Source: Geosiphon pyriformis uo1 (taxonomy: Eukaryota > Fungi > Glomeromycota). From it: a DNA stretch of 64,000 bases. The position numbers were made by a program, and so were the translations under genes. A model generated the notes under the pieces. That model saw only the letters and a program-made list of their open reading frames with translations, was not told the origin of the DNA and did not search any database. Within the stretch, counting starts at the first letter, position 1; the number at the start of each line of letters is the position of its first letter. Shown here piece after piece: positions 1-11,801 of this stretch. The DNA lies in assembly GCA_016748015.1 (NCBI GenBank), contig JAAOMT010000096.1:329087-393086 (forward strand), read 5' to 3'.

Positions 1-1780
1 AAACCAGCATTTGACACATCAATATTTGAAAAGAGGGGGTCAGAAAATGTCAACACACTATCCACAAACATATCTGAGTTTAAAATTGACATCTTAAGTA
101 CAGAGACAACTGGCAGAGAAACACAAGAAGGAGGTGCCAATGGCACCAATTCAACACCATTCAATCTTTTTAAAATATCTAACACAATCCGCCAAAAGCT
201 CCAAAGAGCATTCCAGAGCTGCCAAATAATCACTCAAACCAGAGACATTGGGAGGAAAAGACACCAATGATAAAAGTTTCCCACCAGAAGACACACCAGC
301 ACCAGAAAAGACTGAAGAAACCACATGAAAAAGAGATCCACTAGCAACTTGAGCCCAAGTTTTGTCACTAAAAGAAACTAGATGAGCAATAAGAGCCTGC
401 TTCTTCTTATATATGTTGGCCAATCACATCTGATTTTGAAAATTTACCACCCACTTATTACGAGCACCAGAATTTCTGCCCAATGAACACTCTGTAGAGA
501 TATGACCCAATTGTTTACACTTGGCACAACAAGCCAGAAAAAGACCAGCCCAGTGCAAATTCACATCCTTATAAACTGGAACAGAACTAATAGCAGCCAA
601 TTTAGATGTCTTATCACCAAAACACACAACTACACATCTATCACACACATATGAACTGGGATTATGGCCAATAAAACAAGTCTTTCCACTATATGATTCC
701 AACAAATTTGAAAGATCATAAGCTGTTGTACCAACTGGAAAAACCCACGATTGTTTATCCTTAACAGCTTTTGCCACATGAACAGAATTCTTTCCCATGA
801 AAACAGATCATTTAGCTGCAACCAAATCAGCAATTTCAGATAACTCAAACTCCACTAAAGCTTTTTGCCACAGACCAATCAATTGTATCTTAATTGATAC
901 AACTCTGCCAAACTTGGAAAAAACAGATTTCACAGCCAATTTGGGAAAATTGACCAGAATCTCCTTAACAACAATTATCTGATCCGAAAGTTTGTTTACT
1001 TGTCTGACATTATTATTTGCCACAATTTTCTCATGAATTGCTAATTCTCTAGCTCTTTTTAAACTCAACTCTAAAGTAAATGAAGATCTGATAATCCCAG
1101 AAAATTTTGAGGGAGTTGACGCCCCCCCCAAAACCATCTATTTGATAAAAAATTTTTTTCACACAGATCAACTTATTACCAACAGTCTTACCAGGCACAG
1201 CTGAAAGCTCAATATCAAGAACAAAAGATTTGGTCAAATTGAAGCTCTGTTTTTCTGAAACACATGATTCAGCCAATGAAAGATGCTTGGAACCACTAAA
1301 ATTAAATGATAGAAGCAATATAGCATTGTTATTATCAACATTGCTCATATAAGTAAACATCAGACCTTTTGGAAGTTGGCTGAGCACATACATTCAGGTG
1401 CGAGTTTTTTGCGGCATTGTGTCGTCCATGTCCTCGTCAATCACTGAATTGTCAGATTCTGCATAACTCGTTTTCTTGGCAACCATATTCTTCATGTTTT
1501 CTACATTAGACAGACTACTGATACTACTAGCTTTGCTACTCACCTTACTGTTCCAAGACACAGCAGGCTTCCCATCAGTGCTTGCCACATTCTTAAGACT
1601 CAAAAGGCCAGCAGATGAATCGATAACACTTGTTCCAGTGACATGCTTTCTCAGTTTTTTTTGCAAAGCACTGTGAGAATACACACTATTCAAACAGTTC
1701 TTTTTAGCATTTATGTGGATCCCCAGACCAGCCAAAATCGAGCCAGAGCCACCAACAGATGAGCCAATTGGTTTTATCAT
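1..1780 (-). pseudogene. LINE ORF1 (RRM-like domain plus CCHC zinc knuckle), disrupted
   Basis: ATG at 1780. RRM-like VVKEILVNFPKLAVKSVFSKFGRVVSIKIQL...ALVEF and intact knuckle CAKCKQLGHISTEC. In-frame stops and a frameshift at the C-run near 1122-1129. Confidence 0.85.
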
Positions 1781-1907
1781 AACAAAGAGAGATCCAGTAG
1801 AAGAAATGACTTGAATAAACTAAAGAAAAAAGAAGAAAGAAAAGTAATTTTTCCAAAAAATTTTTTGCTCTCATTGTGGTTAGGGGATTGACAAGAGAAA
1901 GATTTTT
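1..1907 (-). mobile_element. LINE copy A (5' end and ORF1; runs off the left edge of the window)
   Basis: ORF fragments 1394-1780, 1049-1393, 808-1137, 424-798 and 151-423 are colinear homologs of ORF1 of the LINE at 2903-9798. It shares the 5' terminal motif TTCTCTTGTCAATCCCCTRMCCACAATGAGAGCA (about 1866-1900, reverse strand). Confidence 0.9.
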
Positions 1908-3039
1908 ACTTTTTATTGTTATTGTTAATTTTATTGTTGTATTAAAATTGGTTTTTTTAAAATTTTAATTAATAGAATTGTTTTTACTAATTAAATTTGT
2001 TATTAAATTTATAAGTATTTTTATAATATTTATAAGTATGTTGTTTATTAATTTTATTAAAATAAAAAAAGCAATTAAAAAAATAATTAATCTTAAAGTA
2101 AAATATAATATAAATAATTTATTTAATAAAATAAACTTTAATAATAAAATATTTGTTAAAATAATAGTTTTATAGAAGCTTTAAATTCTAAATGTTAAGT
2201 TTAATACAAATATAACAATTACGTAAATAAAAAGTTTGATTTTAAATAATTTAATTTTATTATATATAAATAAGTATTTTAAATAAGTTTTTTTAAAAAA
2301 AATCCAATATAATATAATTTTAAATAGCCAATTATGTATAAATATTATAAAAATTATGTATATTTGATTATATATATTTTATATTATTATAAATCTTATT
2401 TATTAAATAAAAAATTTATTTTTTATTTTATTATATTATTTATTAATTATTAAACAAAAATTATTGCATTTTATAATAAGTTTTATTTAATTTAATTATA
2501 ATTATAAAATTAAAATACAAGTTATATTTTTTTAAATAAATTATAATTAATATTTTATTTATTAAAACTATATTAATTTAAAGCAAATTTTAATATTTAA
2601 TAATATTTTTAATATTTTTTATTAATTTATTGAATATAATTTTATAATTTATTTTATAATACATATTTACATGTTTTTGATTTAAATTATAAACAATTAT
2701 TAAAATATATATAATATTAAAAATAAATTAAACTATATTTAATTTTTTTATTTATTATTTATTATTTTTATTTTTATTTATTTTGCTTTAATAAAATAAT
2801 TTTTTAATAATTATTTTAATTTTACAAAATATTATAGATATAAATTATACATAATTAATTATTTGAATTTAAATTAATAAATATTTATTTATAAAATATA
2901 TTAAAAAAAAAGATTTTTTCTCTTGTCAATCCCCTGCCCACAATGAGAGCATAGTTTTTGCTGATAGAATAGCTTTTTTTTTCCCTTTTCCCTTTTTTTT
3001 ACTTCAGTTATTTCTCTTAATACGCCCTTTTTTGTTGCC

Positions 3040-4983
3040 ATGAAACTGGTGATTTTGTCTGCTGGTGGTTCTGGTTCTGGATTGACTGGATTGGAGATCC
3101 GGTCTGGCACCAAAAAAAAGGCATGAGTTGAAAGTGTCTACTCTCGTGGTCCATCATATAAAAAACCTAGGAAACCTGAGGTCACTGGCGGAGTTGTGGA
3201 TTTGTCTGCTGGCCCTCTGCCTGCTGCTTTGTTACATTCGGGTGATGAAGAATGTAAAGTATCTTGGGGAAGCAAAGTTGAGAATGACGAGTCAAGCGTG
3301 AGTGTGGTGTTGGATGTAGAGAATATGGCAAACACTATTGCCAAAGAAACAAGCTATGCAGAATCTGGTGATAACGATGAAATGAATGAGACTACGCCAA
3401 GAAAAACCCAGACCTGTACTTATGTGCTAGACAAACCTCCGAAGGCTCCAACGTTTGACTCCATAAGCGATGATAAAAATGCACTTAGTCTTCCGTCTCC
3501 AAAAATGTTTAATGGCTCCAATCAGATGCCATCTGTCAAGTCACGTGTTATGAAAAAGCGAAGCTTCAAGCCAGTAAAATCTTTCACATTAGATATTGAG
3601 GTTTCGGCAGTACCTGAGAAGACAAATATTGATAAGTTAATGGCAATTAAAAAAATATTTTATCAAATTGATGGATTTGGGGGAGCTTCGACTCCCTCAA
3701 AATTTTCTGGTGTAATAAGATCTATATTCATTTTTGAATTAAGTTTGGGCAGGGCAAAAGATATGGCGATCAGTAAAAAAATCATAGTAAATAATGATCT
3801 CAGAAGAGTAAACAGTCGTTCAGATTGGGAGGTGATAATCAAGGAGATCCCTGTCAATCTTTCCAAATCTGTGGTTGAGGCAGTGTTTTCTAAATTTGGA
3901 AAAATTGCATCAATCAAGATGCAGCTTATTGGTTTTTGGCAAAAAGCCTTGGTAGAATTTGAATCATCGGAGGTAGTTGATTTGGTCACAGCTAGATGAT
4001 TTGTTCTTGTGGGAAAAGATTCTGTTCATGTGGCAAAGACTGTCGATGATAAACAATCATGGATATCAAGGAATAGGTTTTGGGCTTTGTTGTATACTCT
4101 TTCAATTGACATAACTGCTCATGATTTGTCTGAATTGGTGGAGACTTATGGTAGAAAAACTTGTTTTATAGGCCGTAATCCAACTTCATATGTTTGTGAT
4201 CAGTGTGCTGTAATTTGTTTTAAAAGTGAGACTTCCAAGTTGGCTGCTATTGGTTTGGTTCTGGCCTTTAAGGGTGTGGGCTTGCATTGGGCTGGTCTTT
4301 CTTTGGCCAGTTGCGCTCATTGCAAACTGTTTGGTCATACTGCTATTAATTCTTCTGTGGGTAGGGGGTTTGGTGGTTATGGGAAACGTGCGGTGACTTC
4401 TCAGAATAGGGTGCGGTTGGCCAATATTTATAGGAAGAAGCAGGTGCCAATTGTTTGCCCAGTTTCTTTTGGTGGAAAGACATGGGCCCAAGTGGCAGGT
4501 GGCTCTCCCCCTCATGTTGTCTCTTTAGGTGCTCCTGGTGTTGGTTTGATCTCGGGTTCAAACGCTTTCTCAATGGATTTATCCTTGTCTAGTGCCATTG
4601 ATTTGGGTGGTCGACTAGCTGTACTAGAACGCTCCATGGAAATTCTTTCGGATCAGGTCTCATTTATTTTAAAGAAATTGAGTTTTGTTGACTTGGTGTC
4701 CCTCCCCTCAGCTCTTCTTTTAGTGTCTCCAACTGCCATTGTTTCAGATATAAACTTAGGTTTGGCTTTGGATAGTACGTTGTCATCATCTGCTTTCTCT
4801 CTTTCCAACGTTGGTGAGTCATTTGTTGACTTCAGTCCGAGCAGTTCCAAGGTTTTGACTGCCAAGATTGGCAGTTTGAAGTCAAATATGATGGCTTTGG
4901 AGGCTTTAATTCGCTCAGTTTTGGGTAGATTGAATCATTTGCATTCTGGATCGGGTTCGTCGGCTCTTCCTTTGCCTCAATAA
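3040..4983 (+). pseudogene. LINE ORF1 (RRM-like domain, degenerate CCHC knuckle, coiled-coil-like C-terminus)
   Basis: Single frame from ATG 3040 (MKLVILSAGGSGSG) through ORFs 3196-3999 and 4009-4983. TGA stops at 3124 and 3997. Knuckle remnant CAHCKLFGHTAINS. Confidence 0.88.
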
Positions 4984-7900
4984 GTAGTTTGGTCTGGAAA
5001 TGTGCTATGTGCAATGTTTGGGGTATCAATGTTCCTGCAAAGCAAGCTGATGTTGTTCGTTGGCATGTGAACTTGGGAAACATGGTTTTTTTTATCACTG
5101 AAACAAAGTTGAGGTCCTCTTCTGGGCCATGGGTAAAAAATAAATTTAATGGAGTATAAATCTTTTCTTTGGGATTAGATAAAGGTTTTATGGGTGCTGG
5201 AGTTGCAATTATTATGAACATTTTTTTGGCTTGTCATATATCTAAGGTGGAGGAGATTCTTGGTCAGGTTGTTTCTGTTTGGCTCTTGTTTAAGGGCAAG
5301 CTCTCGGTTATTGTTTTGGGGTTGTATGCTGGTGCCTTTTCTGGGGCTAAGTTTGGTCAGGCTTCTAAAGTTAACTCTCTCATTGCAAAGGCTGTCAACT
5401 CCAGCAATTTTGTTATCTTGGGTGAGGACTTTAATGAGAATGGATCTGGTAAAAGTGCTAGTTTCAAGTTTTGTTTGAGTTTGGGTTTGGTCAATTCATT
5501 CATTGGTCATTATTTGGCTGATTCTTATACGTGGAGCAATTCGAGAGAAGTTGGGAAAACGATTGATTACATTTTTGTTAGTGGTAATTTGTCTTCTGCT
5601 GTTGCTGGTCATCAAGTTGTCTCTGTTTCAGATTTCTTTAACACCGATCACAGGGCAGTTGTGGTTTTAGTCAGTTTGGGTGGGCTTCTGAATGTACAAT
5701 TGAATAGTTTGCACAAGCAGGCAAATAAAGATCATTGGAAGTTTAAAATCAAGAATGCTGACTGTGCTGGATGGGCTAAGTTTAAGGATCTCTCTTCAGC
5801 AAAACTCTTGTCTTTGGATGAGATGTTCTCTGGTGCTAAAATGCGTGGTGATGTGAATGCTATGTGGGCAGTTTTGGTGGAGACTGTGGTAAATTCTACT
5901 GATGCGACATTTTCGAGGCATTGGTTTAGTGAATTCGAATGTTCAAGAAACAAACATTCTTCTAGGTTTTTTGGTCTGAAATTGTTGGTGGCCAAGATTG
6001 TCAAGAAATTTTGCTCGGGTGACTTGCTGGGTACTGATTGTCTTGTGAATAAATGGTCAACTCTGGATGATGCAAAGGCTTGTGCTTTCAAGGACTTGGT
6101 TGGCTTGAGTGTTAAATCTGATGTTGTTGTTAGGCATTTGTCATTGGTTCGCAGAGATTACAGGAAGTTGAAGATGTTTGAGTCAAGATTGGCTGAGGAA
6201 GCTTTGGTTAGGAAGGTGATTGAGAAGCGCATGGATAATTTCTGTTCAGATAAAGGTAGTATGATCAGAAGTGTGTTGGAAAAGCCTTTTCACAAGGTGG
6301 TGTTGGATCACTTGATAGTTGATGATGATCTGGTTTTATTGCCTGAAGAAGTGAAGTCGAGCATGGATAAGATAATAGAGGGGTGAATGAGGAAATGCTC
6401 TGTGCAGTTAATGCTTCCTGATTTTTGGGCTCGTCAGTACACGCCTTTGGACCATGTTCGGGATGATGCCTTTTTAGGTGTTATGAGTGCAATCAGTATG
6501 GGCGAGTTACTTTCTGTTGTTGGTGGTCTGCCTGATGGCAAGGCTGCTGGTTTGTCTGATGTTCCTAATGAGTTGTGAAAACATGGTGGTGAGGTGGTTT
6601 TGGAGTGCCTGTTAGCACTGTTTAATAAGTGTTTGTCTGTTGGTGTGGTGTTTGTTTTGTGGAAGAGGGCTTGGGTGTCAATGATTTCTAAGCCTTATGA
6701 CTGGAATGGGGTTCTTACAAACACTCAGCCTATTGCTTTGATTGAGACTGCCAGGAAGATTCTTTCCAAGGTTCTGTCTGATCGTATTTCAATGGCTTGT
6801 AGTAAGTTCAACGTTCTTCGAGGTGACAATTTTTCGGTGCTGAAGGGTATGTTCACACAATCTCCAGTGTTTGCTGTTGGTTTGGTGATTGAAGATGCCA
6901 TTGAGAAGGATAGGGAGTTATAGTTGGTCTTGCAAGATATGCGGAAAGCTTACGATTCAGTTAGGTGGCATTATTTAAGGGCTAGTTTGTGGCATGTCAA
7001 GATGTGTGTAAGGTTTATAAGGTTTTTTGGTGGTATTCATAAGGATAGAGTTAATAGGGTAATAACTGACTTTGGTTTGTCTGGTGGTTATAAGGTACAT
7101 GATGGGCTGGATTAGGGTGAGGTCTTTTCACCGCTTCTATAGAGAATTTTTTATGATCCACTTTTGTGTGAGGTTAAAAGACACGAACAATTGTGTAGAT
7201 ACTGGATTATTACTAAGTTTGTTTCAAAGTCTGGCAGAATTGAGAGCAGTGGTGGTTTGACATCGTATTTTTCGGCTGGTGCATTTGTTGATAATATGAT
7301 TTGGGTTGGAAATTGTCAGGCTTCTACTCAATATGCTCTGAACATTGCCAGTAAATTTTTTGTGATCAATGATATTTCTATCAACAGTAAGAAGACGGTA
7401 GCTATTCCCATCAATCAGGGTGTTAAAGTTGCTTCACTGAGCATTTGTGGTCAGCCGATTTCTATTGCCAAAAAAGGGGAAGCACATCGATATCTAGGTA
7501 TTTTTCTGTCAACCGAGGAGCTCTCCAAGCCAAGTGTTGTCAAGGCTTATGCAGATGTGCATTTCTTTGTCAATGTTATGCTTAGGAAAGCTATTACAGA
7601 CAAACAGTTCTCCTATCTGGTGTCAGCTGTTTTGCAGCCTATTGTTAGCTATCATATTCAGTTCAGTTTTGTCCCTTCTAATGTTTGTCGCAAGTGGGAT
7701 GTCTTGATTAGAAAAGGTCTTAGGTCTAAGGCTTGTCTCCCCTGTGATTTTCCTGATGCTGCTTTGCATCATCCCTCTTTGTATGGCCTGAAGCCTTTTG
7801 AGCAAGTGCAATCAGAGAGGAAGGTTATTGCTCTGATAATGTTTTCTAATGCCTTTGGTATTCTTGGGCGTTTGTTTAGACATAGGTTTTTGGATCTGCA

Positions 7901-9661
7901 AGTTCTTGGTTGGGCTTCTTTGGATCCTTTGCAGTTTCCAGTCAGGTTGCGTGTTAGTCCAGTGAACAATTTTTTGGCTGGGATGGTGAAGATTTTGTTG
8001 AGCAATGAGCTTTCTTTAGTGAACAACCTCCCCACTGCATTTCATAGTCCTGGTCATTTTCCGTTGTTCTTTATTCTTGGAAAGTATCTGTATTTTGACT
8101 CAGTCAAATCTCTTAGACGCTTTGGTGTTGCTTTTGGTGATCAGCTTTTTGATAAAAAAGGTGTTTAGTTGGATTGGAAAACTTTTTGTCATTGGAAGAG
8201 ACTGGATCTATGTGGCCCTGTGCCTCATTGGTTCTTGGTTTCTTCTGAGTTTTTGAGGAGTCAGGGTTGTTCATTTTCTGGTTCTATTGGCTTTGTGAAA
8301 AAGCTTGGTTTGGACATTTTGGAGTCTGGGGAATTTTCTGTGGTAAAAGATGGATTGCATAACATTTGGTCAGGCTTTTTTGAAGTTTTTACGGATGGGT
8401 CTTTGAGGAATGCAGGCTCTGCTGAGGTCACCTGTGGTGCTGCTGCATACTTTCTGGTCTTGGATAAGAGCATTGGTATCACTGTTAGTGGCCTTTTGTC
8501 ATCTACTATAGCCGAATTACAGGCTGTTGCTTTGGCTTTGGAGTGTGTTCCTTCTTCAAGTACTGTGGTGTTACGTCTTGACAGCCAGGCTGTTATTGAT
8601 GCATGTGTGTCTGAGATGTCTTTGGTCACCCCTGATTTCCGTAATCAATGCTGGCTGGAGAGGCATCATATTTTCAATTTGGTCAGGGATAAGGATTTTA
8701 GTGTGAGTTGGATTAAGGTAAAAGGCCACTCTGGGATTCATGGTAATATGGAAGTTGACTTGGCTGCTGGGGCTGCCTCTGGATCTCCCTTTTCTCTTTG
8801 TGCCAATGTGTGTGAACATTTTTTGGTTGCTGAGGGTGTCGCTATTTCTGGTAATACCCATTATTTTGTCAGGAATATTTTTCGGTCTGTTTGTTGTACT
8901 TGTTGGGAAGCTGAGCCTGGTTGTGATGTGGTTCCGGACGCAATGATTGGTTGCATAGACTGGGTTGTCATGGCTAAGGTGTGGCATCCTGATTCTCATA
9001 TGCTCACTGGGTTCACTAGCTGGGTATCCTCAATGCTTCGCACTTATATTATGAAGGCTGTACACAGAAGATTGCCGGTGGTGGTAAGGAAAAGGTTGTA
9101 TGATAAGCGCTACCCTAGTGTATTATGTTTGTTTTGTGGTGGGAGTTCTCTGACCATGCTTTTACTTGTGTTCATGAGTCTGGTGTTTATGGCAAAATTT
9201 TGGCTGAGGCTTCTGCCCATTGGTCAGCTTTAACTGGCGGTTCCTCTGCTTCTGCCGTGTTGCAAGTTTTGTCTCAATGTTCCTTTAATGTTGGATTGTA
9301 CACTTTGGTTTGCAAAGGGTTTGTGCTGGGGAAGTGGTATGAGGAAGCTTGCAGTATTTTTGAGGATAAGAAGGTGGCAACTACTCAAATTGTTGATTAT
9401 GTCAGGTTTGTGGTTGAGTTACATTGTGCTAAAGCATGGTTGGCTAGGGCCAGCCACTGGGTGGTGATGGAGAAGGCTAGTCTGGTTTGTGATGATGGTG
9501 TTGTTTCTGGGTTCTTTCGCAGTGTGTCTTCAGTTTTGTCTGATGGTGTTGTGAGATTGCTTGGTGTGGCCAATTTTTTTGCTGTTAGCTTTGATCATTG
9601 GAAGCCTTATTGTTTCTTTTCTGGTCTGGGTGGCAGTATGCAGATTATTATAGGTGTGTAG
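4980..9661 (+). pseudogene. LINE ORF2 polyprotein: AP endonuclease, reverse transcriptase, RNase H, C-terminal CCHC
   Basis: APE: CNVWGIN, ITETK, LGEDFN, YTW, IDYIFV, DHRAV. RT: QDMRKAYDSV, GLD*GEVFSPLL, AFVDN, YLGI. RNase H: FTDGS, AELQAV, LDSQ, WIKVKGHSGIHGN. C-terminal CLFC...DHAFTC. One reading frame with 7 nonsense codons (5157, 6384, 6576, 6921, 7113, 7140, 8166) and one frameshift near 9140. Confidence 0.95.
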
Positions 9662-10624
9662 TGTTGCCTTGTCTGGCCTAAGTGGCTAGCCACATGTAGA
9701 AAGTGCATGAGTCGTGTTTAGTTTGAGTCTTTTAGTTTGGCTCTATGTACTAGATAGTGATTGGGCTACACTTGTTAAATGTGTTAAATAAAAAATAAAA
9801 AATATATTTAATGCTTTTATTTTATTAAAGCAATTAATAAATACAACTTTAATTTAATAATTATGTGTATTTATTTTTGATTATATTCTTATAAAATTAT
9901 ATTTTTAAACTAAAATAAACTGTCAAGCAAACTAATAACCAAATTGAAATTATTTTTAATCTGATTTTTTAAGAAAAAAAATTAAATTTTAATGTTTATA
10001 TTAAAATTTACTTTAATAATTACAAAAAAGCAATTTAATTTATAAAAATTTAATTTTATAACTTAAATTTCAAAAAAATCAATCTAAACTTATATATTTA
10101 ATTAATAAAATTATTAAAAAAACAAATTATATAATTTTAATATAAAATATTAAATTAATAAATCAATTTATAAAACAATAAAAAACTTAAAAAAAGCTTT
10201 AAAAAACCAAAAAATAAAACAAATTTAATAATTAATCTAAAAACTAATTTATTAATTTTAAAAATATATAATTAAAAATTAATCAAAAAAAGTTTTAATA
10301 TTTATTCTGTTATTAAAATTAATTAGTAAACAAAAATAGCTTTAATAATTTCAAAAAACTTAAAATATATAACAACAAATTATTATGAATTAATAAACTT
10401 TAACTTAATATTAAAAACTTTATTAAAAACATTAAAAATATTTTTTGCTTAGAAAAATATTTAAGAAAATATTATATAAAGTCATAATAACAAAAGCAAA
10501 AACAAAAACTACAAAAAATTTATAATCTTAAAAGTAATAAAAAAAATTAACAAATTAATTTTAATAATATTAAAAAACTTAAAATGTAAATTTTATATAA
10601 AAAAAATTAAAACCAAAAATTATA

Positions 10625-11390
10625 TTTTTTTTATTGTTTTATAAATACAGTTCAATTACTACCTAAGTATATAAAATTACACAAGATTTTAAATTAAGCA
10701 TAGCTTATGTTTTTTTTATACATGATCAATCACTTAGACTAACTAAAATAATACTATATACTTAATTCACTTGCTGAGAAAACATTTCTTAAAAAACCAA
10801 AACTTATACTAAATAAACTTGGATGTAATTTAAAGCAAATATGAATATCTAACTTAATATTAAAACTGCAAATCAACTCAAAAGATCACAAAAATAACAA
10901 ACTAAAAACTAAAAAAATGATTGACTCATTATATAACAAAAAATTATGCTTTTTATAGTAAAATCTCAACTTAACAGTTGGCATTCAAATGGCAAATCTG
11001 TAATTTTTAGTCAAACTTTAGACCAAATTAACAATTAACATACCACTATTAAATTTAAAACCCAAATGTTGTATTATATTATTTACTTAACTTTTTAACA
11101 TAAAACTTTTAGCTAATAATATATATAAATTAGTAAACAGCTTAGTTTTACATAAAGACCAAACAATTACATTACTCTTAACAAATATGCTTAATAACTC
11201 ATTTTATTTTATAATAGTGTTTAATAATAACTTTTTTTTAGAATTGCTATTATGTATACATGAAAATATATAATCAAAGTTTTCTAACATTTCATATTAA
11301 ATACAAACTATACTTGAATACTTTGAATTATATAACTTTTTTTTTTGGTCATAAATAGATAACAGTATTACTCATAAAAAAAAACACAAG
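10625..11390 (-). mobile_element. 5'-truncated, degenerate LINE fragment (copy C: ORF2 C-terminus, 3' UTR, poly-A)
   Basis: T-run at 10625-10632. The reverse complement TATAGTATTATTTTAGTTAGTCTAAGTGATTGATCATGTA aligns to the 3' UTR of copy B. KKLYNSKYSSIVCI*YEMLENFDYIFSC matches the CCHC tail. Confidence 0.7.
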
Positions 11391-11453
11391 AAAAATAGTA
11401 AAAAAAATAGACCAAAAAAAAAAAAAAATTAAGTATATAAATATATTGCTGGT

Positions 11454-11630
11454 AAATTATAGCATATTGATTAGCAATGTAAGCAATATTAGTGAATTAT
11501 AGCATATTGCTTAGCAATGTGAGCAATGTTAATGAATTATGACACATTGCTCAGCAATATAAGCAATGTTAGTAGATTAAGGCACATTGCTTAGCAATAT
11601 GAGCATTTCTTAAGAAATTATAATATATTG
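11454..11630. repeat. 40-bp tandem repeat (about 4.4 copies) with an internal palindrome
   Basis: Units start at 11454, 11494, 11534, 11574 and about 11615. Consensus GAATTATAGCAYATTGCTTAGCAATRTRAGCAATGTTAGT; core ATTGCT-T-AGCAAT. Confidence 0.9.
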
Positions 11631-11801
11631 TTTATGAATGTGTAAGATCTTGTAAAACATCAATTATGTATATATAGCAAGAGTATTAGAAGTAAAAAAA
11701 AAAATCTTCAAGCTAAAATTCATAGCAAAAACATCTAGTTAGAAGCAGTTTAAATTCATATCACATATTAATAAATTATTCATTACTACTTAAATTCATA
11801 T

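Larger units (their letters stand above)
2903..9798 (+). mobile_element. Full-length non-LTR retrotransposon (LINE copy B): ORF1 + ORF2 (APE-RT-RNase H-CCHC), 3' UTR, A-rich tail
   Basis: Two long colinear ORFs with the expected motifs. A-rich tail at about 9786-9802. Candidate TSD AAAATATATT at 2893-2902 and 9799-9808 (weak, given the AT-rich background). Confidence 0.95.

Noticed and set aside
1978-2175. Short Ile/Phe/Lys/Asn-rich ORFs in AT deserts (also 19495-19677, 39647-39847, 29744-29947)
   Set aside because: Compositional artefacts of very AT-rich DNA.
3138-8999. Antisense and alternate-frame ORFs inside LINE B (and likewise inside the Gypsy)
   Set aside because: They are shadow ORFs of the transposon coding frames, with no independent motifs.
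9960-10620. Possible endonuclease remnant of another LINE family
   Set aside because: Too degenerate to read any diagnostic motif with confidence.
11454-11630. CRISPR-like array (palindromic 40-bp period)
   Set aside because: Units repeat along their whole length with no unique spacers, there are no cas genes, and the context is eukaryotic.
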